A stretch of DNA of 64,000 nucleotides from Chrysomallon squamiferum (Eukaryota > Animalia > Mollusca), in contig CM022674.1 in assembly GCA_012295275.1 (NCBI GenBank), forward strand, positions 16,368,001 through 16,432,000, in the 5' to 3' direction. The stretch's first letter is position 1. Each line of letters opens with the position of its first letter. The translations under genes and the position numbers were made by a program. Below, piece after piece: positions 43,424 through 56,737 of this stretch. The notes beneath the pieces are model-generated. The model ran no database searches. It was not told the origin of the DNA and saw only the letters and a program-made list of their open reading frames with translations.

Positions 43424-43452
43424 CAGCAGTAGTGACACAACTTATTCGCCAT
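43424..43452 (-). CDS. Candidate first coding exon (MANKLCHYC-C)
   Basis: gagATGG start context, 29 nt, TG|gtaagg donor; phase 2 matches exon 2. Confidence 0.45.
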
Positions 43453-43551
43453 CTCCTCGCTCTGTGATTCACCCAGCAATGAGCTACTTTGTGTAGCTTT
43501 CAGAGTACTCCGTGCAGACACTGTTTATTTATTTATTTATTATTATTATCA

Positions 43552-43604
<53 letters not shown>

Positions 43605-44230
43605 TTATTTTGATGTTCTGGAACAAATTGTTACCTATATTCGGAATAAAATTCACATGACTAACACGCCCATCTCTTAGTTTGTTCTAGTTAGCTGGTT
43701 TATCAATACATTATCACTGAAAATATCAGTCTACTTTCTAAGTTCGTCATGTTTCTGAAAGCTGATTTCACGTTAAAGTCAGAAAGATATTGGAGAGATT
43801 ATCAACAATGTTGAATAAAATTATAATAGTTCTGTATTTCAAAAGTAAAATGATATGAAATAAATATTTTAAATTTACTTTTGCTTCTCTCATGAGTCAG
43901 GGTTTTCGAATTAAATTAAGTAGGCCTCAGTAAAAAAAATTCAAATCTGACGTCTAATCTGCAGAAACTCTTTAAACTAGAATGAACAAACGGGTACAGT
44001 AGTAGGAAGAAAAGTAAATGTGTTATTATACTGACTGTTGAAATTATATTTAAAAACAAAAACACATTTTAATCAAAACCGTCACAAAAATTAACTGAAG
44101 AATAAAAGTAAAAATAAATAAATAAACAAACACAAAAAAAAGGATAAAGAAATGGAACGAAATACGGACATATGCCCTCCAAATCAAAAAGTGCAAGGGG
44201 ACTAAATCCACCAGTAGAAATGCAAGATAG

Positions 44231-47200
44231 GATAAAGTTAGTATTATGGTTAGATTTAGTTATCTGTTTACCTTATGACTAGGGTTAAAGTTAGTATTAT
44301 GGCTAGATTTAGTTATCTGTTTACCTTATGACTAGGGTTAAAGTTAGTATTATGGCTAGATTTAGTTATCTGTTTACCTTTTGACTAGGGTTAAAGTTAG
44401 TATTATGGTTAGATTTAGTTATCTGTTTACCTTATGACTAGGGTTAAAGTTAGTATTATGGCTAGATTTAGTTATCTGTTTACCTTATTACTAGGGTTAA
44501 AGTTAGTTTATATTTAGATTTAGTTATTTGTTTTACCTTTATTTTAGGGTTAAAGTTAGTATTATGGTTAGATTTAGTTATCTGTTTTACCTTATTACTT
44601 AGGTTAAAGTTAGTTATTATGGTTTAGATTTAGTTATTTGTTTTAAATTTATGACTAGGGTTTAAAGTTAGTATTATGGTTAGATTTAGTTATTTGTTTA
44701 CCTTATGACTAGGGTTAAAGTTAGTATTATGGTTAGATTTAGTTATCTGTTTACCTTATGACTAGGGTTAAAGTTAGTATTATGGTTAGATTTAGTTATC
44801 TGTTTACCTTATGACTAGGGTTAAAGTTAGTATTATTATTATATTAGATTTAGTTATTTTTTTTTACTTATATGACTAGGGTTAAAAGTTAAAATTATTA
44901 TATTATTTTAGTTATTTGTTTTACCTTTTACTTTACCTTATGACTAGAGTTAAAGTTAGTATTATGGTTAGATTTAGTTATCTGTTTACCTTATGACTAG
45001 GGTTAAAGTTAGTATTATGGTTAGATTTAGTTATTTGTTTACCTTTTGACTAGGGTTAAAGTTAGTATTATGGTTAGATTTAGTTATTTGTTTTTACCTT
45101 ATGACTAGGGTTAAAGTTAGTATTATGGTTAGATTTAGTTATTGTTTTTATTACTTTAAAGTTAGTTATTATTAAATTTTAGTTATTTAGTTTATTTATT
45201 AAAGTTATTATATTTAGGTTTAGATTTAGTTTTTGTTTTTTTTAGGGTTAAAGTTAAATTATGGTTAGATTTAGTTATCTAGTTTTTATTTACTAGGGTT
45301 AAAGTTAGTATTATTATTAGATTTTAGTTATCTGTTTTATTATAGGTTTAAATACTATTAGATTTAGTTATTTAGTTTTTATTATACTAGGTTAGATTTA
45401 GTTATTATGGTTAGATTTAGTTATCTTTTACCTTATGACTAGGTTAAAAAGTTAGTATTATGGTTAGATTTAGTTATCTGTTTATCTTTGACTAGGGTTA
45501 AAGTTAGTATTATGGCTAGATTTAGTAATATGTTTACTTATTACTAGGGTTAAAGTTAGTATTATGGTTAGATTTAGTTATCTGTTTACCTTATGACTAG
45601 GGTTAAAGTTAGTATTATGGCTAGATTTAGTTATCTGTTTACCTTATGACTAGGGTTAAAGTTAGTATTATGGTTAGATTTAGTTATCTGTTTACCTTAT
45701 GACTAGGGTTAAAGTTAGTATTATTATTAGATTTAGTTATTAGTATTTTATCTTTTTTAGTTATCTGACTTTAGGGGTTAAAGTTAGTATTATGGTTAGA
45801 TTTAGTTATCTGTTTACCTTATTTACTAGGGTTAAAAAGTTAGTATTATGGTTAGATTTTAGTTATCTGTTTTTATGACTAGGGTTAAAAAGTTTAGTAT
45901 TATGGTTAGATTTAGTTATCTGTTTATTTTTTACTAGGGTTAAAAGTTAGTATTATGGTTAGATTTAGTTTATCTTTTTACTTTTTAAATATAGTTTTAA
46001 GATTTAGTTTATTACCTTTTTAGTTAAAGTTAGTTATTATGGCTAGATTTAGTTATCTGTTACCTTACCTTAGGGTTAAAAGTTAAGTTTATTATGGTTA
46101 GGTTAGTTATCTATTTACTGTTTACCTTATTAGGGGTTAAAGTTAGTATTATGGTTAGATTTAGTTATCTGTTTACCTTATGACTAGGGTTAAAGTTAGT
46201 ATTATGGTTAGATTTAGTTATCTGTTTACCTTATGACTAGGGTTAAAGTTAGTATTATGGTTAGATTTAGTTATTTGTTTACCTTATTACTAGGGTTAAA
46301 GTTAGTATTATGGTTAGATTTAGTTATCTGTTTACCTTATGACTAGGGTTAAAGTTAGTATTATGGTTAGATTTAGTTTTTTTTTTACCTTATGACTAGG
46401 GTTAAAGTTAGTATTATGGTTAGATTTAGTTATTTGTTTACCTTATGACTTAGGGTTAAAGTTAAAGTATTATGGTTTAGATTTAGTTTATCTTTTTTAT
46501 CTTATTTTACTAGGGTTAAAGTTAAAGTATTATGGTTTAGATTTAGTTTATCTGTTTACCTTTATACTACTTAGGGTTAAAAGTTAGTATTATGGTTAGA
46601 TTTAGTTATCTGTTTTTACTTATGACTAGGGTTAAAGTTAGTATTATGGTTAGATTTAGTTATTTTATTTTTTTACCTTTTGACTAGGGTTAAAAGTTAT
46701 TATTATGGCTAGATTTAGTTATCTGTTTTACCTTATTAGACTAGGGTTAAAGTTAGTATTATGGTTAGATTTAGTTATCTGTTTACCTTATGACTAGGGT
46801 TAAAAAGTTAGTATTATGGTAGATTTAGTTATCTTTTTACCTTTAAAAGTTAGTATTATGGTTAGATTTAGTTATCTATTATTATTTACTAGGGTTAAAG
46901 TTAGTTATGGTAGGTTTATTTATCTTATTTACCTTATTATTATGACTAGGGTTAAAAGTAGTATTATTAGATTTAGTTATCTGTTTACCTTATGACTAGG
47001 GTTAAAGTTAGTATTATGGTTAGATTTAGTTATCTGTTTACCTTATGACTAGGGTTAAAATTATGTTAGTTTAGTTATGGTTTAGATTTATTTTTTAGTT
47101 TAAAGTTAGTATTATGGTTAGGGTTAAATCTTTTTACCTTATTATAGGGTTAAAATTAGTATTTGGTTATATTTAGTTATCTGTTGTTATTACTAGGGTT

Positions 47201-50200
47201 AAAGTTAAATTATTATTAGATTTAGTTATTTGTTTATCTTTTTTTACTTTATGTTAAAAAAGTTAGTATTATTATTATGGTTTAGATTTAGTTATCTGTT
47301 TTACCTTATGACTAGGGTTTAAAGTTAGTATTATGGTTAGATTTAGTTATCTGTTTACCTTATGACTAGGGTTAAAGTTAGTATTATGGTTAGATTTAGT
47401 TATTATGTTTATTATGACTTATCTTAAAGGTTTAAAGTTAAAGTTAGTATTATGGTTAGATTTAGTTATCTGTTTTTACCTTATGACTAGGGTTAAAAGT
47501 TTAGTATTATGGTTAGATTTAGTTATCTGTTTACCTTATGACTAGGGTTAAAAGTTAGTATTATGGTTAGATTTAGTTATCTGTTTACCTTATTTAGGGT
47601 TAAAGTTAGTATTATTTTAGATTTAGTTATCTGTTTTAAATTTTATTTTATGGTATTTAGGTTAAAGTTACTAGGGTTAAAGTTATTATGGTTAGATTTA
47701 TATATCTGTTTTACCTTATGACTAGGGTTAAAGTTAGTATTATGGTTATTTTAGTTTAGTTTATTTGTTTACCTTACTACTAGGACTAAAAAAAGTTAGT
47801 ATTATGGTTAGATTTAGTTATCTGTTTGTTTACCTTATGACTAGGGTTAAAGTTAGTATTATGGTTAGATTTAGTTATCTGTTTACCTTATGACTAGGGT
47901 TAAAGTTAGTTTATTATTATTTTATTAGATTTATTATTTATTTTATTATTTACCTTTTACTAGGGTTAAAGTTTAGTTATGGGTTAGATTTAGTTATCTG
48001 TTTACCTTATGACTAGGGTTAAAGTTAGTATTATGGTTAGATTTAGTTATTACTTTTTAGGGTTAGTATTATGTTTTAGTTATTTTTATTACCTATACTA
48101 GGGTTAAAGTTAGTTATTATGGTTAGATTTAGTTTATTTATTTACCTTATTAGGGTTAAAGTTAGTATTATGGTTATTTTTAAGTTTTACCTTATTATAT
48201 ATTTACTTTAAATTAGTATTTGGTTAGATTAGTTATATTTTATTATTTTAGGGTTAAAAAGTTAGTATTATGGTTAGATTTAGTTATTTATTACCTTTTT
48301 TACTTAGGTTAAAAAGTAAAATTATTATGTTATGGTTTAGTTTATTATCTGTTTACCTTATGACTAGGGTTAAAAGTTAGTATTATGGTTAGATTTAGAT
48401 TTAGTTATCTGTTTACCTTATGACTAGGGTTAAAGTTAGTATTATGGTTAGATTTAGTTATTTGTTTACCTTATTACTAGGGTTAAAGTTAGTATTATGG
48501 TTAGATTTAATTATCTGTTTACCTTTTGACTAGGGTTAAAGTTATTATGGTTAGGGTTAAAGTTAGTTTATTAGTTTACCTTTACCTTAGGGTTAAAAGT
48601 TAAAGTATTATGGTTAGATTTAGTTATTTGTTTATCTTATTTACTAGGGTTAAAGTTAAAGTTTATGGTTAGATTTAGTTTATCTGTTTTTTCCTTATGA
48701 CTTAGGGTTAAAGTTAGTATTATGGTTAGATTTAGTTATCTGTTTACCTTATGACTAGGGTTAAAGTTAATATTATGGTTAGATTTAGTTATCTGTTTAC
48801 CTTATGACTAGGGTTAAAGTTAGTATTATGGTTAGATTTAGTTATCTGTTTACCTTATGACTAGGGTTAAAGTTAGTATTATGGTTAGATTTAGTTATCT
48901 GTTTACCTTATGACTAAGTTAAAGTTAGTATTATGGTTAGATTTAGTTATTATATTTTTAGTTATTTGGTTAGATTTAGTTATCTGTTTATGACTAGGGT
49001 TAAAGTTAGTATTATGGTTAGATTTAGTTATCTGTTTACCTTATGACTAGGGTTAAAGTTAGTATTATGGTTAGATTTAGTTATCTGTTTACCTTATTAC
49101 TAGGGTTAAAGTTAGTATTATGGTTAGATTTAGTTATCTGTTTACCTTATGACTAGGGTTAAAGTTAGTATTATGGTTAGATTTAGTTATCTGTTTACCT
49201 TATTTTTATACTAAAGTTAGTATTATTATGGTTAGTTATTTGTTTTATTACTTTTTTACTTAGGGTTAAAGTTAAATTATGGTTAGATTTAGTTATCTGT
49301 TTTTACCTTATGACTAGGGTTAAAGTTAGTATTATGGTTAGATTTAGTTATCTGTTTACCTTATGACTAGGGTTAAAAGTTAGTATTATGGTTAGATTTA
49401 GTTATCTGTTTACCTTATTACTAGGGTTAAAAGTTAGTTTATATTAGATTTAGTTATTGTTTACCTTATGACTAGGGTTAAAGTTAGTATTATGGTTAGA
49501 TTTAGTTATCTGTTTACCTTATGACTAGGGTTAAAGTTAGTATTATGGTTAGATTTAGTTATCTGTTTACCTTATGACTAGGGTTAAAGTTAGTATTATG
49601 GTTAGATTTAGTTATCTGTTTACCTTATTACTAGGGTTAAAGTTAGTATTATGGTTAGATTTAGTTATCTGTTTACCTTATGACTAGGGTTAAAGTTAGT
49701 ATTATGGTAGATTTAGTTATCTGTTTACACTTATGACTAGGGTTAAAGTTAGTATTATGGTTAGATTTTAGTTATCTGTTTACCTTATTACTAGGGTTAA
49801 AAGTTAAAGTTAGTATTATGGTTAGATTTAGTTATCTGTTTACCTTATTACTAGGGTTAAAAAGTTAGTATTATGGTAGATTTAGTTTATCTGTTTACCT
49901 TATTTACTAGGGTAGGGTTAAAGTTAGTATTATGGTTAGATTTAGTTATCTGTTTACCTTATGACTAGGGGGTTAAAGTTAGTATTATTATGGTTAGATT
50001 TAGTTATCTGTTCCTTATTATGACTAGGGTTAAAGTTAGTATTATGGTTAGATTTAGTTATCTGTTTACCTTATGACTAGGGTTAAAGTTAGTATTATGG
50101 TTAGATTTAGTTATCTGTTTACCTTATGACTAGGGTTAAAGTTAGTATTATGGTTAGATTTAGTTATCTGTTTACCTTATGACTAGGGTTAAAGTTAGTT

Positions 50201-50931
50201 ATTATTTAGTTATTTGTTTACCTTATGACTAGGGTTAAAAGTTATTATGGTTAGATTTAGTTATCTGTTTACCTTATGACTAGGGTTAAAGTTAGGTTAG
50301 ATTATGTTATCTTTATGACTAGGGTTAAAGTTATTTATGGTTTTTTAGTTATCTTTGTTTACCTTATACTAGGGTTAAAGTTAGTATTATGGTTAGATTT
50401 AGTTATCTGTTTACCTTATGACTAGGGTTAAAGTTAGTATTATGGTTAGATTTAGTTATCTGTTTACCTTATGACTAGGGTTAAAGTTAGTATTATGGTT
50501 AGATTTAGTTATCTGTTTACCTTATGACTAGGGTTAAAGTTAGTATTATGGTTAGATTTAGTTATCTGTTTACCTTATGACTAGGGTTAAAGTTAGTATT
50601 ATGGTTAGATTTAGTTATCTGTTTACCTTATGACTAGGGTTAAAGTTAGTATTATGGTTAGATTTAGTTATCTGTTTACCTTATTACTAGGGTTAAAGTT
50701 AGTATTATGGTTAGATTTAGTTATCTGTTTACCTTATTACTAGGGTTAAAGTTAGTATTATGGTTAGATTTAGTTATCTGTTTACCTTTTGACTAGGGTT
50801 AAAGTTAGTATTATGGTTAGATTTAGTTATCTGTTTACCTTTTGACTAGGGTTAAAAGTTAAAAGTTATTATTATTTAGATTTAGTTATCTGTTTTATCC
50901 TTTATGACTAGGGTTAAAGTTAGTAGTATTA
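44231..50931. repeat. 53-bp satellite array, ~6.7 kb (~125 units), running into a gap
   Basis: Consensus GACTAGGGTTAAAGTTAGTATTATGGTTAGATTTAGTTATCTGTTTACCTTAT; period 53 (44281->44334). Confidence 0.97.
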
Positions 50932-51131
50932 NNNNNNNNNNNNNNNNNNNNNNNNNNNNNNNNNNNNNNNNNNNNNNNNNNNNNNNNNNNNNNNNNNNNN
51001 NNNNNNNNNNNNNNNNNNNNNNNNNNNNNNNNNNNNNNNNNNNNNNNNNNNNNNNNNNNNNNNNNNNNNNNNNNNNNNNNNNNNNNNNNNNNNNNNNNNN
51101 NNNNNNNNNNNNNNNNNNNNNNNNNNNNNNN
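50932..51131. other. Assembly gap (200 N)
   Basis: Run of N. Confidence 1.
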
Positions 51132-52123
51132 TGTCTACCTCTGTTCTGACTGAAAACATTAGCTGATTTCACGTTTGATATCTGAAAGTGGATGTATAAC
51201 CAATTCATAGCTGAACATGGTGAAAACAAAAATTCTTAATGAAACAGTGAGTGAATATCTGCTGTCATTTGAGGACATACATTTAAGATTAACCACAGAT
51301 ACAGAGATGAATTCTCTTTTATAAATAATTTACTGAATTACTCATCGCTTCCATTTGCTGTTGTTTAACATTCACTGCAGAATTACCTATGCACATCAGT
51401 ATATTACGCTCAAAACAATTACTTATTTATAGTTCAATGAATCCCATCTTTAGATTATTGCTATTGTATGCTAAACCAGTCGTTGTAACTGATCATATAA
51501 CTTTTTCAGTCCTGCCAATAGAATAACACAAAACATATATATGTTTTCGAATTATTAAAGTATGTGCTCATTTTCATTTACAAAATAAAATAAAATAAAT
51601 TTAATACAATAAAAAACAAAACATTTTCTGTTCTAAAACAACAACAACAACAACCAAAATCTCAAAAACAGAAAGAGTCATAATTACAAGAGACAGGATG
51701 AAATCTTGGAAGTTTGTTTTATATTTATCAAAATAGTTGATACATTTAATTTTCCTGATGAAATAATTTAACCTTTTTGGGCAAAAAATGCAGGTACCTA
51801 GAGAGCGAGAAAATCCAAATAGCTATGTAGAAAGACAATTCACCTGTGTCTACTGTTTTACTACAGGGTCATCTAGTTTATGTACACGCATGTGGGATTA
51901 CAATTTAATTAAGACATAGAAAGATAAAACACAGGTGTATGAAATACAATTATTATTATTATTGTTGATGCCTGGTTAAGAAACACTCAAATTAAACATG
52001 TTCGTAACTCAGTGTACTTTTTGGTTGTTCTCTAAGACTATAGAGCGGTCAAAAGCTGGTGTCCATTTATCACCCAACCCATTATTACACCAACTTTAGT
52101 TGAGCACCAATGTAAGCATTACA
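51132..52123 (-). repeat. Third copy of the NLR-gene intron block: close inverted copy of 88-1080, more diverged direct copy of ~42398-43316
   Basis: Shares 88-171 (CACCCAACCCATT..CACCAACTTTAGTTGAGCACCAATG) only with the window-start copy. 52945-53190 also matches 43940-44180. Confidence 0.88.
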
Positions 52124-53206
52124 AAGAATTTGCACATAAAATGAAATAACTGGTTACTGTCTTTTCATATCTGTTTTATAATGGTCAGGCTCAATGTTTA
52201 ATGTCTCAGTGCAGTTTTTTATTTTTTCAAATATCAAAACGCAGTAACCTGTTATTTCCCGTGTGTGTGCGATTTTGTTGTTCAAAGTGACTAGGTTAAA
52301 TATACACAGGTAGGCTTATAAATATATGGGGCACCTTTTCAAGGATTGCCTCGGAAAACAAAGGGATTTCTGTCCTACATTAAATAGTATGAATTTCAGT
52401 TTATAGGGCACTAATAGTCAGGAATATTAATTTTATTTGTCCGTTTACTTTCTTAATTACTTTCAAAATATTGTTATACGAGACTGAAATAAGCAAATTT
52501 GGAATATTTATTTCATCTCTGTTTTCCTTCAAAGCAAAATATTAAATACTGTATCAAAAAGTAATAAAAATAAAGTAAACCAAAAAACAACAAAAAAGCT
52601 TGTAACAGAATAAAATGCACTTAGCAGTAGACAGTCAAGATCAAACAAGAGTGATCTTTATTTCAGGTATATACTCTATACAAACTGGAGAGGGGTGAAA
52701 CTCTTAAAAAATAAATAAATAATAATAATAATGTGTGTATGATAAAGCATTTGTCTAGTAAAGTTGTTAAGAAATGCTTTTTAAACAACTAAATGAACAA
52801 TGTCTTGCTTGTCTTGCTGTATGTACAACATGCTGGAACATGAACAATGCTACTACTACTTATAATCCCAAACATTACGTCATCCGACACACAGTTATGG
52901 ATGACGAATACCATTAAATCATGTGGGACAAGCAATAAGATAAAAATTTGACGTCTAATCAACTGAAACACTTTAAGGTGGAATAAACAAACGGGCACAG
53001 TCGTAGGAAGAGAATAACCCTGTTGTTATACTGACTGTTAAAATTAAATTAAAAAAAAAAAGACATTTTAAGAAAAACTCTCAGAAACGTTAACTGAAGA
53101 ATAAAGGTAAAATAAATAAATAAAAAAAAACAAAAAAAACAACAACAACAAAGAAACAAACACAGACTGGTACTGGGCAAATGCCCTCCCAGTATAAATA
53201 ATAATA

Positions 53207-53248
<42 letters not shown>

Positions 53249-53704
53249 TGTGCATGATAAAATATTTATCTAGCAAATTTGTTTTTAAACGTAATGTGAA
53301 TAGTGAAAACAAACCAAACAACTATATAAATAATTTTTGTCTGTCTTGCTGTATGTACAACATGCTGTAACCTGAATTATGCTACTACTACTTAAAATCG
53401 CAAATCATCCGACATTCGAGACACAATTATGGATGATAAATACCATTAAATCATTTGGGACATCTTTTTTCTATGATTCTTATGTAAGATGTAAGTAATT
53501 TAAGGAGAATAAGTCAATGTAATCCATCCTCAAACATAAGTCATACAACAGGAATTTTGGTCCGCCATGACACTTTAGCGATAAAACGCCGAGATGACCG
53601 TGTTTCACGAGGTAAAGAATACAATTAGCATGTTTGCAACATATTGATAACACTTCAAACAATCAGATTAAAATATGAATTGATTGTATACTGTATATTG
53701 TAAA

Positions 53705-53951
53705 CACATAGGATGCCATCCCCCTCTCGAATCTCTCCTCCAGTCCCCCCAAAACCAATTCGCATTTCTAGTTCAACAGCAAATACTTCCAACACTTCAC
53801 AAATACCCACTTCACATAGGATGCCCCCCTCTCGAATCCCTCCTCCAGTCCCCCCAAAACCATTTCGCATTTCTACTTCTACAGCAAATACTTCTACCAC
53901 TTCACCAGTATTTCACAGTTCTACTTCAACAGCAAATGCTTCCAACACTTG
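53705..53951 (+). pseudogene. Inverted fragment of the PARP C-terminal Ser/Thr/Pro tail
   Basis: HRMPSPSRISPPVPPKP..HRMPPSRIPPPVPPKPFRISTST matches the reverse complement of 61802-61975. Confidence 0.85.
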
Positions 53952-53954
53952 TTT

Positions 53955-56737
53955 AATATTTAGTTCTCTAGGGCAGAGTTATCTTAACACACAGGTACAC
54001 CGGAAACTTGCCCAGGGGTCACACTAACACAGGAGCCTAATGATAAATTATGTGTATCGTGACTTACACCCAATAAATAAATACTATTAATTACTATAAA
54101 ATGCATATTTAGCATATGTTTTACAAAAAAATAATGAATAATGTTAATATTAATTGTATGATAACAAGTGAACAATGTGTAGGCCTTGGCCTATAATGCA
54201 GTTAAACTGGTCTTCTTTATTTTCTTGTTGTTGGGAAAGGTTTGTTTGCTTTTGTTCAACCAAAAATCCAATGATAGCAAATTCTCTTTTATTTTACATT
54301 TCATGTGGACATTTCAATTTATACTCAGAAATAGATGAGTTAACCTTTCAATTTACTGTAGATAGAGGTTGATGTTAAAGGGCAGCATAGATCAGTCGCG
54401 TAAATTTCAGTGGTGGGTCTATAGCACAGAAGAAGGATTACATTGCAAGAGTGAATCTGTCAGTAGGATACATACACAAAGGATTATACTAGACGGGTTG
54501 TGGACAGTAGGATACACAAATAATTCCATTACAAGTCTCTATGGGTTAGTGGGATACACAAATAATTACATTACAGTGTGCATAAGTCAGTACGATATAG
54601 TAAGGATTAGGATGTAGTTGGTTAAACAAACATTACATTACGGTAGTATATGTTTCAGTAGGATACAAACGGATAACATTTCAATGGTGTACGGGTAAGC
54701 GGAATACACAAATGATTATATTAGAGTGGTCTATGTGTCAGCAGGATAGAGAAACAATTACATTACAGGGATGAAGATCTCCGCAGAATGCTCAAATGTA
54801 TAGATCAGCTAAAATACATTAGGGAATGAGTCGCGTACGATCTATACAAAATTGTGCTATAGGAATATACGTGTAATTCTGGATTACATTTTAAGGTGCG
54901 TTCATTATATAGCATTATAGTATAAGGATAACGTATAATTATAGAAGTTGAATGGATCGTGTTTAGTTATTTTTAATAGGGGTGTACTGATCATATAGAA
55001 ATATAACATAGGTGTCATATATCCTGATACATGGTATTACGAGGCTCTAGGATCAATCCTTCTTAGAGTACCCTTAGCATCATTTATCTTCTTCTCCATG
55101 GCATATCAGTGTATATACAATGTATACAGACACCCCCCCACACACACACACACACAATTATTGATGAGTGAGGACTGCTGATAAATTAAGACTCACTGAC
55201 TATTCAGTTATTTTATATATTTAAGTGTCAGTCACTATCTTATTTTTTCACACTCGCACACTGAAGAAGTGGAGAAACAAGTATCAGGATATGTTTATTT
55301 ACAAATTTCTTTCCCTCTGTTACCTTTCCATCACAGAAATGATGACTGGTTGACCGATATTTTTTATATAGTGTAATCACATGCAAGCTAATTGTTATTA
55401 TTATTGATTTGTTTATGATCTTCTACGATTGTATTAAATGAAATGTTGCTATAATTTTGTTGATATATTTTAGATAGCAAAATAGACATACAACTTGACT
55501 GATCAAAAAATAGACATAACAATAGAAAAACAAACAGATTAGAAAGAAATATAGATACAGACACACAGACAGAAAGACAGATCACTGGTTGTATTGTTTT
55601 GGCTGCTATTATTATTTTTAATAGTATTAGTAGTAGTAGTAGTAGTAGTAGTAGTAGCATATTTATTATTATTTTGTTATTATTGGTAGTAGTAGTAAGT
55701 ATTATCCTTACTATTACATTAATGCTTTTGTTATTATTATATATGTTATGTTTTCTTTAAGTAATAAATGAATAAATAAATAAATATATCAAGCTAGTGA
55801 ATATAAATTATAATTTAATCCTGACCTTAAGACGGAAACAAACAATACCCACGGTAACTTCGTGTATTTTATAATGATAACATACACACGTATGATTAAG
55901 AGAGAGATTATATTATTAAATGTCTGCAACGGAAGATATTATTAAATGTCTACAACAACAAAGTAATAATACAAAAATGAAAATAATGATAATAATGAAA
56001 TGAAAAAATCATATAGCCATGTTAAGTGGCACATTTACAATAATGTTTTTTTTTTTTTTTTTGGGGGCAGGGATGGATGAACTTAGCCTGTCAGCCAAAC
56101 ATGGATCTCTTGTGATTATTATTGAAATTGTGACGATGATCAATGGTGATAAAAATAAAAATAAATAAATGCAAATAACTGAAACTACCTTGTGTTACTT
56201 GTAAGTACATAATATATACCACATTTACTAAATCATATATATTCACCAATAATACGTAATACATCTGTTATTGAAGTGAAGCCTACATTTTCCTATTTGA
56301 TATAGTACTATATAATTTTAAAAGGAAACAAAACAACAACAACACATTTAGACAGGAAAAACATCCAAGCTATATGGATTAGTTTACTAAACTCTGTTCT
56401 GACTGTATTATAAATTTAAAGACAAATTTAATATAATTTATACAATTTGAAAGGTCATTTTTTGAATAAATCATATTTTATCTTATTATTTTTATGATCT
56501 TCATTATTATTTCTTAATGTTCTTCCGACTAACAATTATAATCTCGATTCGTTTCATCAAGAATGAGCAGTTTGCTATTTTACCGAACATGACTGTGAGA
56601 CTTACCTCCCTTGTACGATGCTGAAGGCCTTTCATGTCGTAGATTCTTAAAATGAACCAAAGTTTCAGAGATCGAAACCGCCTGCTTTAAAGGTGTTCTC
56701 CAGTGCTGATAAATGAACAAATTATTAATCAATTAAT
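53955..56737 (+). repeat. Left arm of a long inverted repeat
   Basis: Reverse complement of 58763-61514 over its full length, e.g. near-identical ORFs 54175+ and 61098-. Confidence 0.95.

Noticed and set aside
44231-50931. True telomere or interstitial (TTAGGG)n
   Set aside because: Only one TAGGGTTA per 53-bp unit; there is no pure hexamer tract.
50882-51229. ORFs spanning N runs (also 5903-6205)
   Set aside because: Artefacts of assembly gaps.
54175-54372. 65-aa ORF conserved in two copies (also 61098-61295)
   Set aside because: Conservation is explained by the inverted duplication; no recognisable domain or splice context.
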